From: a virus
Lineage: Duplodnaviria > Caudoviricetes
Strand: one strand, 5' to 3'
DNA: 64,000 bases
Virus record (IMG/VR): IMGVR_UViG_3300028797_000156
Span: 11,466 to 75,465 of that record
The notes beneath the pieces are model-generated. The model had not been told where the DNA came from, did not search any database, and was given only the letters and a program-made list of their open reading frames with translations. Positions 28,701 to 38,738 of this stretch are shown here, piece by piece (position 1 is the stretch's first letter; each line of letters starts with the position of its first letter). A program made the translations under genes and the position numbers.

Positions 28701-28724
28701 AGCTCCCGGGATATCCCGGGAGCT
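28701..28724 (-). terminator. Terminator (24-bp perfect palindrome)
   Basis: AGCTCCCGGGATATCCCGGGAGCT with T-run on the minus strand. Confidence 0.75.
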
Positions 28725-28761
28725 AATGCTTTGTATTTTTGTTTTATTAAGAATAGATAGT

Positions 28762-29457
28762 TTAGCTGAGGATGTTCAAGAGAACTGTTTTAGGAGTGAA
28801 TCTTTGTTTATAACATTCACATTCCTTTACGGATCTGATACAGAAATTTGTATACATATCACCCGTCTTCAGATCCATCTTCAGACGTTTACTTGATGGA
28901 CCCAACAGATCCACCATGCTACTCCATTCTTGTGTCTGAATCTTCCTTGTTATAGCTGCACACTCAAGCCAACCTTCATCAGTTGGTGATGCGTGTTTAC
29001 AAGTATAACATAAATTTTCACGGGTTTTTCCGTACATGAACATCATCAGTTTCTCATGTACAGCTGTGCGGTATGATGATCCGCAAAGATTCTTCATCTT
29101 TAGAATAGCGTAATCATCATTTGATCTGTAACCCGTCAGCCTGAGTAAGTCAAAGATCATGTCAGTCTCCATCTTCTGGAGCATGTCCCTGGCTTGTGGG
29201 TTTTTACGTTTGATTCTGCTGATCTCTTCATTCAGCAGTTTCAAAGCGTTTTTCATGTCAAAACTCTGAAAGATCATACAGAAGAGACGATCACATGCTT
29301 CTTCCGATTGGAAAGCCCAGATCGTTGGGTCACTAAATCTGATTGGACCACCTATTTCAATGACTATACCTGAATAGTATGGTTGAAAATCTGATTTAAC
29401 TATTTTTATGTTTGTATCTTTCAGAAGCTTTTCATATACAAAATGACTTTTCTTCAT
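28762..29457 (-). CDS. Hypothetical protein with Cys-rich C-terminus
   Basis: GGAGG RBS; CYTCKH...C...C....CECY. Confidence 0.7.
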   Translation of the reverse strand: MKKSHFVYEKLLKDTNIKIVKSDFQPYYSGIVIEIGGPIRFSDPTIWAFQSEEACDRLFCMIFQSFDMKNALKLLNEEISRIKRKNPQARDMLQKMETDMIFDLLRLTGYRSNDDYAILKMKNLCGSSYRTAVHEKLMMFMYGKTRENLCYTCKHASPTDEGWLECAAITRKIQTQEWSSMVDLLGPSSKRLKMDLKTGDMYTNFCIRSVKECECYKQRFTPKTVLLNILS

Positions 29458-29503
29458 GTTTATTACCTCCTAATTGAATAGTCTATTTGTATTCTATTCA
29501 ATA

Positions 29504-29522
29504 TAATAATATACATATAGAA
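29504..29522 (-). promoter_or_regulatory. Candidate early phage promoter
   Basis: Identical to the 16360 motif (TAATAATATACATATAGAA). Confidence 0.7.
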
Positions 29523-29527
29523 TCTAA

Positions 29528-30619
29528 TTATTTTTTAGATCCAATGCATAATAGAGATATGTACATGAAAAGCATCAGTACACCACACAGAATTATCAGT
29601 AACCGCTGTGCAGTGAATATCACGGCGAGTAATGCAAATACGCCGATCATTAACCAAGTGAATATATGAAATAGAATGGTTTTGATCAGTGAAGGTTTTT
29701 CTTCTGTTTCTTCAACCTTATCCGAATCATAATTCGTTTGGTAATCATAGTACTGAGCTAAGTCAGTTTCTGATTCAGTTTCAGTTTCTATTTCAACCGG
29801 TTCTTCAGGAGCTGTTTTATCAATCAACTTATGAACCGCATTCATTGCTTCAAGCATTTGTTTATTACTTGAGGCCATACCGTTTTCTGCCTCCTTTTTA
29901 TTCTTTTCTTCTTCAAGTTTCTTATAGTATTCCTGACGGTACCAGTTATTTGCATCAGCTTCCTGACAGTATAACTCGTACATCATGTCATTGACTAGAT
30001 TGAGTATGACGTTCTCAACTTTTCTCTTTACTGGTACATAGTCTGAATCTTTTATCAGGATACTCCAGTTATTCATCAGCTGAGTAAAGAACTCAACATA
30101 GTCAAGACCAAACTTATCATGCATTGTCATGAGACAAGCATCGTTGGTCTCAACATCATTTCGAGTATCATAATTCATGGTTACGTATTCAAAGTAACGA
30201 ACCATCATTTTGATGACTCCTCTCATGTATGGGGTCATCGTACCCCATACAAAGATTCGTCTGTTTGTCTGAATAAAGGTTACTGATGATCCGCACAGCT
30301 GAGTCATCGTATCAAACACAATCTTTGATGATACCTCAGCATCAAACCCGGTACCCCAGGTTCGGGAGCTCATTCCTCTGAAACCGAATGGCAAACAGAA
30401 TACGTTTACATCCTCTGATTCTTTGACAGATTCACCAAGATCAATTTGTTCTTCATTAGTATATGATGAACGATGATATGCTTTAAATAACATCTCAGCT
30501 TGTTCATCAGTGATCGCTGATCCATGCCGGTTTGCACAATAGAGACGAATCTTGTGAATCGCCTCTTTTGTATATTCTGAAGGAAGTATCAGCTGAGAAT
30601 CATTTAAGTTGATTGTCAT
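29528..30619 (-). CDS. 363-aa protein with acidic linker and two C-terminal TM helices
   Basis: ILFHIFTWLMIGVFALLAVIFTA and LLIILCGVLMLFMYISLLCI. Confidence 0.7.
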   Translation of the reverse strand: MTINLNDSQLILPSEYTKEAIHKIRLYCANRHGSAITDEQAEMLFKAYHRSSYTNEEQIDLGESVKESEDVNVFCLPFGFRGMSSRTWGTGFDAEVSSKIVFDTMTQLCGSSVTFIQTNRRIFVWGTMTPYMRGVIKMMVRYFEYVTMNYDTRNDVETNDACLMTMHDKFGLDYVEFFTQLMNNWSILIKDSDYVPVKRKVENVILNLVNDMMYELYCQEADANNWYRQEYYKKLEEEKNKKEAENGMASSNKQMLEAMNAVHKLIDKTAPEEPVEIETETESETDLAQYYDYQTNYDSDKVEETEEKPSLIKTILFHIFTWLMIGVFALLAVIFTAQRLLIILCGVLMLFMYISLLCIGSKK

Positions 30620-30756
30620 CTGTTATCCTCCATCATTATTCTGATCATCGTAGTCACAAAACCAATTAACCATGCAATACCATACAGTATTGCAAAGATT
30701 GGTAATGTGATGATATGGCAAATACCTTTCCAAAATTTACTGATTTGGATTCTCAT
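30616..30756 (-). CDS. 46-aa single-pass membrane ORF (not in track)
   Basis: MRIQISKFWKGICHIITLPIFAILYGIAWLIGFVTTMIRIMMEDNR; GAGG RBS; ATGA overlap with next gene. Confidence 0.55.
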   Translation of the reverse strand: MRIQISKFWKGICHIITLPIFAILYGIAWLIGFVTTMIRIMMEDNR

Positions 30757-32041
30757 TTTTGTTACCTCTCTTTGGATATGCATTTACATAGTCAACTATT
30801 TCTCTTGGTGAACAATTGTTCATCACCATCGTCTGCAGCTTTGCAAACGTTGTGAAATCTTCCTTTACTCTGAATTTAGCCGGGAACTTTATATCATCAC
30901 CAAAGTGGTGTTTCATAAACTCCTTAAATGTTTCTGTACAAACTGGCTTGATTTCCAAGCACATATCGATTCTACCTGGACGGATCAAAGCCGGATCCAA
31001 TGCCTCGATATGGTTTGTAGTAAAGACGAAGATGGTATTGAATGGAGCTGAGATTCCATCAAGGCTGTTCAATAATGTAGCTAAACCAGTCTTTTCAGAG
31101 TCATCATCATCTTTCTTATCTCTTTTACTGAGTTTACCAGCATCGAATCCGCAGTCAATATCCTCAACAATTACCACGTTTGGATATTTATTCGATACCT
31201 GATCAATCTCCATCATTTTTACCAGCTTTGGTAAATACATGATGTCATCGCCATTCATGTAGAAAATGGTGGATCTCGGTACATAGTTAGCTATTGCCTG
31301 TGCTAAAGAAGTCTTACCTGTACCTGCAGGTCCGTATAACATGATCCCGAAATGATACGGGATTGCATTATCCAAGAACCATTTTCTTCTGAACATGAAA
31401 TTGTCTACATTCACTGTTATCTGTTCCTTTATCTCTTTAGGAACATAGACATTTTCGAATGTCCTCTTTACTATTCTTATAGTATCAAGAACACTTGGTG
31501 GGCTGAAAGCCCTGATGTATCTCTTCTTTTTCGCAGCTCCTTCAGCACGATTTCTTTCGATTCCTTTGAAGTATTCTTCACGGAGCATTTCTCTCAGCAT
31601 TTCTGGATAGCCATTAACTCTCAGAGTTGATATTGTAAGAGCTCGATAGTTACGAGTGGAATCTTTCTTATCACCACCACCAAGACCATGAGCACGGAGC
31701 ATACATGGGATTCCGTTTATCACTGCAACATCACGATGATTAATGCCAACAATTGTCATATGCTGGCACCACAATGTTTCATATGTTACTTCAACTTCAT
31801 CCGAATCATTATTATCATCTTTTGCTTTAGTGATGATAATATCATCGGCATACTGAAAATGCTCATGAAGGAAATCGTATAATACTGAGTTCTGGCTAGT
31901 GATATCAATTGTATAGAGCAGTCTGTTTTTACCAAGCTCATACATCGATGTCGTTGTGTCTTTGATCGCCTGAATCATCAGTGAAGCCGTCAGCATATTT
32001 TTTCTTGGTATCGGTATCATACGCATAGGTTTTCTCTTCAT
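30737..32041 (-). CDS. BCS1-like AAA+ ATPase (copy 1)
   Basis: WFLDNAIPYHFGIMLYGPAGTGKTS; IVEDIDC; LATLLNSLDG; TTNHIEALDPALIRPGRID. Confidence 0.88.
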   Translation of the reverse strand: MKRKPMRMIPIPRKNMLTASLMIQAIKDTTTSMYELGKNRLLYTIDITSQNSVLYDFLHEHFQYADDIIITKAKDDNNDSDEVEVTYETLWCQHMTIVGINHRDVAVINGIPCMLRAHGLGGGDKKDSTRNYRALTISTLRVNGYPEMLREMLREEYFKGIERNRAEGAAKKKRYIRAFSPPSVLDTIRIVKRTFENVYVPKEIKEQITVNVDNFMFRRKWFLDNAIPYHFGIMLYGPAGTGKTSLAQAIANYVPRSTIFYMNGDDIMYLPKLVKMMEIDQVSNKYPNVVIVEDIDCGFDAGKLSKRDKKDDDDSEKTGLATLLNSLDGISAPFNTIFVFTTNHIEALDPALIRPGRIDMCLEIKPVCTETFKEFMKHHFGDDIKFPAKFRVKEDFTTFAKLQTMVMNNCSPREIVDYVNAYPKRGNKNENPNQ

Positions 32042-32059
32042 TATTCTTTTTCCTTTCTA

Positions 32060-33076
32060 TTATTTATCGCTCACAATTGAGCCATTTGGAAGTATAACAT
32101 GTTCTGTGTTAACCTTAGCATCAACTAATGCTTGTACTTTATCTGGATCGACATCCTCATACTTCTTTTCGAGGATAGGAACAATTTCATCCCTTATGTA
32201 CTGCTTGAGATCTTCCTCCAGAGCTTCTCTAACTTTCTCATGTGAGTTTTCAGATTTACCTCCATAAGTATATTTATGGTATCCTAAATTAATACGGATA
32301 CGTACTTCGGAAGTGAACTGAACCTCGCGTTCAAATTCATTAGTACAATCGTGAATTACTATATTTACCGCACTGCTGATTACATCTAAAGGACCGATAC
32401 CATATTTGTCATGGAATGCCAGTTTTATAGCCGTGCTGGCTGGATACATATTATAGTATCTGATAGCATCCTGTAAGCTGTGCATCAGATGATCTAAATC
32501 GTCAGATCTCCAACGTGCATTCACATGAGCTTTGTCAAAAGCATCATTGAAAGCCTTCTCCAGTTTCTTGATGAATTCTTCCTTTCCAAGAGACTTCATC
32601 ACTTCTCTTGTGATGTTGTATTTGCGTGTTGTAAGAATGCCTTCATTTTCGTAAGATGGATGTAAATTCTCCATTTCCTGTCTTCTGTGGAATTCCTCGA
32701 CACTTGGATATTCTTCAAAGAACTGATACATTACATCGAGATCTCTATTTAAACGATATAAAACTCTTTTAACCAGCTCATTGAATCTCGCTCTCCGGTT
32801 TTCCTTATAATTATCCAGCTCTTTTCTGCAGGCCAGATCATCGCCAGAAATACCAGGGAAGTATCTTTCCAGTAGGTTTAATGCCTCCTGGAAGTTTTCC
32901 TCTGTAGTTCTATCAGGGTTAGTGTAATCCTTATGATCACTACCACCATCTGACCATATGATTGTCCAACCACCTGGTGCAGCCTGAACAATAATTTTTC
33001 CGCTGTTTTCTGAACGGTAGACTTTCTCCTTTTCAACGTCTACCGCTTTCATCATCCCGAATATTCTGTCCATCAT
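32060..33076 (-). CDS. 338-aa hypothetical protein between the two AAA ATPases
   Basis: AGGAGG RBS; ATGA overlap with upstream ATPase. Confidence 0.7.
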   Translation of the reverse strand: MMDRIFGMMKAVDVEKEKVYRSENSGKIIVQAAPGGWTIIWSDGGSDHKDYTNPDRTTEENFQEALNLLERYFPGISGDDLACRKELDNYKENRRARFNELVKRVLYRLNRDLDVMYQFFEEYPSVEEFHRRQEMENLHPSYENEGILTTRKYNITREVMKSLGKEEFIKKLEKAFNDAFDKAHVNARWRSDDLDHLMHSLQDAIRYYNMYPASTAIKLAFHDKYGIGPLDVISSAVNIVIHDCTNEFEREVQFTSEVRIRINLGYHKYTYGGKSENSHEKVREALEEDLKQYIRDEIVPILEKKYEDVDPDKVQALVDAKVNTEHVILPNGSIVSDK

Positions 33077-34704
33077 TTTTCCTCCTTAGGTTTATATTTT
33101 TCAAATGGGTTATTTTCCAATACATATGCTATGGTAAGTTCATCAAACCAGAGATACAACGCATCAGATGTATACTTAGATATCTTATCTACATCATCAG
33201 TCCCGAGTTTATTCGAAGCATAGATAATCATCCAAGCTCGAAGCTTGTCATAAAGATCCGCATCTCTTATATTGCTAATAGTGGATTTCTTGAAGTACTG
33301 ATCTGCATATCCTGAATATGGATTTGGGAGCTTTACTCCTTCTACAACGATATCACACACTTCATCCTCCGGATCAATTTCTCCGAATTTAACCGGGTTA
33401 CTTGAATACTTCTTAGTATCCTTGTCCTTCACATATTCAATCAGATCTTTTGCCGACATACCAGACATTACTTTTACCTGAATATCTGCGAAAGTTATAC
33501 CTTCACGGATCTTAAGATTCTTAGGAAGTTTTATATCTTCACCAAAATGGTGAACCATAAATTCCTTGAAGGTCTCGAGACACACTGGTTTTATTTCCAG
33601 TGACAAATCGATTCTACCCGGACGAATCAATGCTGGATCAAGATCTTCAATATTATTTGTAGTAAATATGAAGATTGTATTTCGAGGAGCTCCGATGCCA
33701 TCGATGATATTCAGAACAGTTGCCAGACCATTGTTGTCCTGGAGCTTATCCAACTTTTCTTCATCATCCCAGTCTGTTGCCCAAACTCCACCGCGTGAAC
33801 CTCTTGCATATAATGATTTATAGCTGAGACCACAATCGATGTCCTCTATAAGAATGATATTGAAATCGTTCTTTGTTAAACCGATTGTATTAATAACTCT
33901 GCCGTTATTGATCATTGAAGGCAATTTCAACACATCATCACCGGACACAACATACATTGTAGCTTTAGTGTATGTTGCAATCGCCTGTGCTATACTGGTT
34001 TTGCCAGTACCCGGGGACCCATGCAACATAATCCCGAAATGATATGGGATCTTGTTTTTGATATACCAGTCAGCATTACCCATAAAATGATCTAAAGCTG
34101 AGGTAATCTGGTTTTTAATGTCTGCTGGAACAAATACATCATCGAAAGATCTTTTGAATGAATCAACAAATCTAGCAGTATGTTGATCAACAACTTTCAT
34201 GATCTTTGCTTCTTTTACTCGATGTCGCTTTGCTCCCTCGGCAGCTTCTCTTGTGATAATTGCCTGAAGTTTTGCTGGCCAACCATTAATGTTAATGGTC
34301 GATATCGTAGTATCAGTTGAGCATGATTCACCAGTAACTTTTACAGATCGAGCTACTAGTTTACATGGTATTCCCTCAATAATTGCATAGTCAACGATGT
34401 GCTGTTCTATACAATCATAAGGAGTATACATATCAAGTTCTTCATATTCAAGATCTTCTTTTTCTATTGAACAGGTTGAGGCCATTCTAATAGGGAAATG
34501 TTTAAAATTATCTTTGAGCCAATCTATTAAATCACAGCAGATTGGTTCGATGTAGTAGGTTTTTACCATGTTTGATTTAACAAACTCGGTGAATAATTTC
34601 TTTGCTGGTTCTTTGATAAGTTCTGTACCAACCATCACAGCAATTGGTGTTAAGATTTTCTTAGCCAGTGATGGCTTTTTGTGATTACAGTTGCAATTAT
34701 GCAT
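33073..34704 (-). CDS. BCS1-like AAA+ ATPase (copy 2)
   Basis: RSFDDVFV...WYIKNKIPYHFGIMLHGSPGTGKTS; LIEDIDC; LATVLNIIDG; TTNNIEDLDPALIRPGRID. Confidence 0.88.
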   Translation of the reverse strand: MHNCNCNHKKPSLAKKILTPIAVMVGTELIKEPAKKLFTEFVKSNMVKTYYIEPICCDLIDWLKDNFKHFPIRMASTCSIEKEDLEYEELDMYTPYDCIEQHIVDYAIIEGIPCKLVARSVKVTGESCSTDTTISTININGWPAKLQAIITREAAEGAKRHRVKEAKIMKVVDQHTARFVDSFKRSFDDVFVPADIKNQITSALDHFMGNADWYIKNKIPYHFGIMLHGSPGTGKTSIAQAIATYTKATMYVVSGDDVLKLPSMINNGRVINTIGLTKNDFNIILIEDIDCGLSYKSLYARGSRGGVWATDWDDEEKLDKLQDNNGLATVLNIIDGIGAPRNTIFIFTTNNIEDLDPALIRPGRIDLSLEIKPVCLETFKEFMVHHFGEDIKLPKNLKIREGITFADIQVKVMSGMSAKDLIEYVKDKDTKKYSSNPVKFGEIDPEDEVCDIVVEGVKLPNPYSGYADQYFKKSTISNIRDADLYDKLRAWMIIYASNKLGTDDVDKISKYTSDALYLWFDELTIAYVLENNPFEKYKPKEEK

Positions 34705-34900
34705 CCTTATTTCCTCCTAAACCTATTTCGATTAATTTCATTCGTACAAACAGAATGAAGCTCCATGCTGCAAAAGCATAAGCTCCTAATTCAATTATGC
34801 CTCTAACAAAGGCATTTGGTCTCTTTGGTTTAACCAACTTTGGATTACTATGCGTTGCAAACATCAGTAATCCTGAAACTAACATCAATAAGTTTCCCAT
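34697..34900 (-). CDS. 67-aa two-TM membrane protein
   Basis: GGAGG RBS; two hydrophobic segments. Confidence 0.6.
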   Translation of the reverse strand: MGNLLMLVSGLLMFATHSNPKLVKPKRPNAFVRGIIELGAYAFAAWSFILFVRMKLIEIGLGGNKDA

Positions 34901-34928
34901 AATAAAATTACCTCCAAAATTTAAAAGA

Positions 34929-34947
34929 CCGGGAGTAGCACTCCCGG
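34929..34947 (-). terminator. Terminator-like hairpin
   Basis: CCGGGAGT-agc-ACTCCCGG, followed by TCTTTT on the minus strand. Confidence 0.6.
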
Positions 34948-34956
34948 CCCTATTAT

Positions 34957-35208
34957 TTACATTTGCCAGTTGCTATGAATAGCCACTTTTCTAGCTGCCT
35001 TCCATAATATTGGCATGCTTTCGTAGTTTCCATTATCATCCAATAATTTAAAAGCTTCTTTGTATTTCGCTTTAAATTCTTTGGCATCTTTGCATTTGTT
35101 GAAGAGCTCTATATAGCTCTCTTCGAGTTTCTGTTTTTCAGCTATATCCTCGATATCTACCACTTTATCATCATTATCCTTTTCTAAATTATTCAACCAA
35201 TATCCCAT
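34957..35208 (-). CDS. 83-aa hypothetical protein
   Basis: AGGAG RBS. Confidence 0.65.
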   Translation of the reverse strand: MGYWLNNLEKDNDDKVVDIEDIAEKQKLEESYIELFNKCKDAKEFKAKYKEAFKLLDDNGNYESMPILWKAARKVAIHSNWQM

Positions 35209-35218
35209 TTCTTTCTCC

Positions 35219-35536
35219 TTACTTGAATAATGCCACTAGACTCATCATTATGATGAAACACAGTGGAATTGTTACTGCAATTTTCCATGAGTGGTCATCA
35301 ACCCACTTCAGGAAGTCGAATTTTCTCTTGTGTTTTAAGACTGTGACTTTACCCTCCTTTCTTGTTACTGTTTTTGATACAGGTAAAATCGGTTTGATCA
35401 CCACAGGTTTGATTGGCTCTTTTTCAACCAATGCAGGGTGATAAACTTTGGTTCTGTCTTCACCAAACTGCTCATCGAGAGCCTGGTTGATTTTCTTCTT
35501 AAGTTCATACACCTTTGTTTCTGCTTCTGTTTCCAT
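35219..35536 (-). CDS. 105-aa protein with C-terminal TM anchor
   Basis: AGGAGG RBS; KIAVTIPLCFIIMMSLVALF. Confidence 0.65.
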   Translation of the reverse strand: METEAETKVYELKKKINQALDEQFGEDRTKVYHPALVEKEPIKPVVIKPILPVSKTVTRKEGKVTVLKHKRKFDFLKWVDDHSWKIAVTIPLCFIIMMSLVALFK

Positions 35537-35578
35537 AATAAATCCTCCTTATGAATTTATGGTTTCATCCGTGCATAT

Positions 35579-35597
35579 TAATAATATACCTGTATAA
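35579..35597 (-). promoter_or_regulatory. Candidate early phage promoter
   Basis: Plus strand TAATAATATACCTGTATAA. Confidence 0.55.
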
Positions 35598-35610
35598 AAT
35601 GTAAATAATA

Positions 35611-35632
35611 GGAGGGGTGCAACCACCCCTCC
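35611..35632 (-). terminator. Terminator hairpin
   Basis: GGAGGGGTG-caac-CACCCCTCC. Confidence 0.65.
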
Positions 35633-35637
35633 CATCA

Positions 35638-36684
35638 TTACAGTAACTCAAGTAGATTTAATCCATCAACTGATAATGACTGTAAACCATCGATATCAAT
35701 CTGATCTATCATTGTAGCTTTTAAGCGTTCGATATTTGATTGTTTTATCATTGATGCATGTGTTGGTATGTCAATTAATGGATATGATTGTTTCACATAA
35801 GGTTGGAACTGTGGTTGTATTACATTTATTACTGAATCTACATTCATTGGATTATGAGGTATTTCACGTTTCTCAACAGCTCTCAAAAGATCCGTTGCAA
35901 ATGATGTAATACCCATCTGAGATAATCCAATGATACCACGTTCAAAGTCACCGATGATTGCATTCAACAGATTGTAGAATACACGATTCTGACAGAATGT
36001 TGACATGATTGGATCATCGATTTTCGATATACTCTGGACAATCATGATTGGATCACTTAACTGTGAAATTCCCTGTGTAGAGAATCTCGAGTACATTACG
36101 AATGAACGTGGTATGTAAGTATAGTTTGTCATTAAAGAATTTGCTGTGATAATTATCTTATCTCGATTGCTGTTTCCGTTAATGACTTCTGGGAAAACCA
36201 GAGAGTCAAAACGGTTACAGTCAATGAAATATGAATTAGGAATATATTTCAGAATGACTGCAGTCATTTTGATTGCAGCATTCCAGAAAGCTTTTAGCTG
36301 TGAAAATCTACTTTGTCTGTACTTATTCATCATAGGTACCAGATAGCTTTTCAGAGTTGAAGTTTCATCCAATAATTCCATATCCATATTATTTGCCATC
36401 ATGAATATTCTAACATCACGATTTTCGAATGTTCTTCGAGTATAATCTTTCCAATGTTTATAGGTATACAGAATCGTGGATAATAAATCCTTTTCTGCAT
36501 CCTGAAAGAATACTAATGATGCCATATACTTGCTACTTGTAGACAAGTTATTTAGTAAAGTATTTAAATCGATGAAGATGTCCAGTCCATTGACTGGATC
36601 ATATCCTTCACCGAGTAAGTTAGATATAACTCTGTATTTTGGCTTTAAAGCTCCACTTAATACACCAGAAGAATACGGTTTCAT
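35638..36684 (-). CDS. 348-aa protein, possibly a degenerate 5'-3' exonuclease (FEN/T4 RNase H) fold
   Basis: N-terminal IFIDLN; IIGDFERGIIGLSQMG resembles the H3TH motif GDxSDNIPGVxGIG. Confidence 0.4.
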   Translation of the reverse strand: MKPYSSGVLSGALKPKYRVISNLLGEGYDPVNGLDIFIDLNTLLNNLSTSSKYMASLVFFQDAEKDLLSTILYTYKHWKDYTRRTFENRDVRIFMMANNMDMELLDETSTLKSYLVPMMNKYRQSRFSQLKAFWNAAIKMTAVILKYIPNSYFIDCNRFDSLVFPEVINGNSNRDKIIITANSLMTNYTYIPRSFVMYSRFSTQGISQLSDPIMIVQSISKIDDPIMSTFCQNRVFYNLLNAIIGDFERGIIGLSQMGITSFATDLLRAVEKREIPHNPMNVDSVINVIQPQFQPYVKQSYPLIDIPTHASMIKQSNIERLKATMIDQIDIDGLQSLSVDGLNLLELL

Positions 36685-36698
36685 GCACTATTCCTCCA

Positions 36699-38717
36699 TT
36701 ATAAAGTTTCAAAGCCGAATGTGTAATCTGTGAATCCAGAAGGACCAGTTCTCTTGATCTTGTTTCTTTCATCAAAGATTCTAGCCAACAGGTGATGCTT
36801 AATTTCCTGGAATGACATAGCAGTAGTAACTGATTCTGTATTCTTAAGAGCAGTCTTAAGATTAAGCATTACATATTCAGGCATTTCATCCTGACACCAG
36901 TTTGGACGAAGTAATCTATTATTTGCATCACGAATAAGATGTGATAATATAACTTCACCATGGACTGATAACAATGAGATTGTACCATAAAGCATTTCTG
37001 TTAATGTCCTAATGACACTTTCGATATTATCGAACTTGGAAATGTTATTCTCAAATAATCTCATGATGTTGAAGTACTTTTCAGTCATCATGATATTGAT
37101 TGGAGTGATATGACACATTACACCATTATTCAAATCAATTACCTTATGAGATATAATAGTCTTGTAGTTGACATCATCAATTACCTCATCTTTCATTGCA
37201 TTCATAACTTCATCAGGAATGAAGATTGAAGAATAGTTTGAGATAGTGATTGGCTTCTTATCAGGACCAACATAGAATGTTAATGACTCACCCATGTTAT
37301 CGAAATCATCTTCTTTGATTCTGATGATGAAACGCTTGTCATCTGTAACCATGAGCATTGAAGAATCGACACTGAAGTATGTGCTATAATCACCTGTGAA
37401 TTCAACCTTTTCTGCATCGGCTTTCAACAGGTGCTTTGCAGATAATACTTTCTGTCCAACTTCTGCAGTCATCTTCTGAGTTGTGTATAAGAAACCACCC
37501 TTGAGATCGCCAACTCTTAAAGCGACAGTGCCATAGCAAACGTGGCAAACATCTTCATTCAGGTTACATGTACATGGTGATCTAAACCATAATGTTTTAC
37601 CAATGAGATGTTTATCTGTTTCTTTAAGAACCTTTAATCTTGGATCATCCTTAGTTTCAGAATAGTATCTGCCATGTTTCATCTTGAGTTCCATCTCATC
37701 GATTACACATGGAAGTTTATGCTTTGATCCACAATCCCAAACCTTATTTGAGATTGTACCATAAGTCAGAATCCATAAGTTTCTGCCGAAATATCCAGTC
37801 ATACCCATGTATTCATGGTTCATGATATCTGGAACTCTCGCAGCAATTGCACCAGCATACAAAATCGGTACTGTTGAGTACCCTGCTTTGAATCCATTAC
37901 CATTCATGATAACTGGAACAATATCCTTACCATCAGGAATCTGAGAGAAGTTAATGTAACATTCTTCCATCTGCTTTGGCTTAACGATCTTCGTGTACTT
38001 ATTGAATACGAAGAACGGGTTACCCCTCTTGATCATTTCAGCTTCAAGAATCTTATATAATCTAGCATTCTCTTCAACGATGTCCTTAGTCTGCATTTCT
38101 GGACCATATTCAACGTTATTGATCTCACGAATGATTTCAGATTCTTTATAATGATCAAGGAACAGATTGTCTGCTGTGAATATCTTTGCATCTGCATTTG
38201 CAAATATCAACAAAAGTTCTTTCAAGTGCAAAGATACCTGAGCAGATATAGTTTTTACTTCATTAAATGAATGACCAAACTCCATAAGAGTTTTAGCTGT
38301 ATTATTATGAATTTCTCCTCTACGCTTTGCAGAGAGGAAATCATCTGTTATTATGTAATCATCGATATTGACTTTATCGATGTAATCCATTAAAGGCTCT
38401 AAGAATACTAAGTCCATCATGAACTTATTTAACGGAGCCGTACGAGTAACTTCATCGTTTTCATCGATCTTATATGGGATCATCGTATGCTGAAGCTTCT
38501 GTCCACCCGGTGTACGATTATTCCAACATAACGCAGCGATATCAACGACTTTCTTTACAAGATACTCGAATGATGCATTCTTATACTTATTGAGTACTAT
38601 AGTATCTCCCAATAATTCAAGAATTTCATTTGGATCGGTGATTTCCTGAATACCCTCTAATTCAGGGATTTCTGTTTCAGCCACATCGGTAGCTGTGTTG
38701 AAATTAAGTTTAAACAT
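36699..38717 (-). CDS. Phage multisubunit RNA polymerase beta' C-terminal subunit (probably non-virion type)
   Basis: GYFGRNL (bridge helix region), WDCGS, RSPCTC...VCHVCYG Zn site, trigger loop QKVLSAKH; no DxDGD. Confidence 0.85.
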   Translation of the reverse strand: MFKLNFNTATDVAETEIPELEGIQEITDPNEILELLGDTIVLNKYKNASFEYLVKKVVDIAALCWNNRTPGGQKLQHTMIPYKIDENDEVTRTAPLNKFMMDLVFLEPLMDYIDKVNIDDYIITDDFLSAKRRGEIHNNTAKTLMEFGHSFNEVKTISAQVSLHLKELLLIFANADAKIFTADNLFLDHYKESEIIREINNVEYGPEMQTKDIVEENARLYKILEAEMIKRGNPFFVFNKYTKIVKPKQMEECYINFSQIPDGKDIVPVIMNGNGFKAGYSTVPILYAGAIAARVPDIMNHEYMGMTGYFGRNLWILTYGTISNKVWDCGSKHKLPCVIDEMELKMKHGRYYSETKDDPRLKVLKETDKHLIGKTLWFRSPCTCNLNEDVCHVCYGTVALRVGDLKGGFLYTTQKMTAEVGQKVLSAKHLLKADAEKVEFTGDYSTYFSVDSSMLMVTDDKRFIIRIKEDDFDNMGESLTFYVGPDKKPITISNYSSIFIPDEVMNAMKDEVIDDVNYKTIISHKVIDLNNGVMCHITPINIMMTEKYFNIMRLFENNISKFDNIESVIRTLTEMLYGTISLLSVHGEVILSHLIRDANNRLLRPNWCQDEMPEYVMLNLKTALKNTESVTTAMSFQEIKHHLLARIFDERNKIKRTGPSGFTDYTFGFETL

Positions 38718-38738
38718 CCTATTTCCTCCTCATCATAA

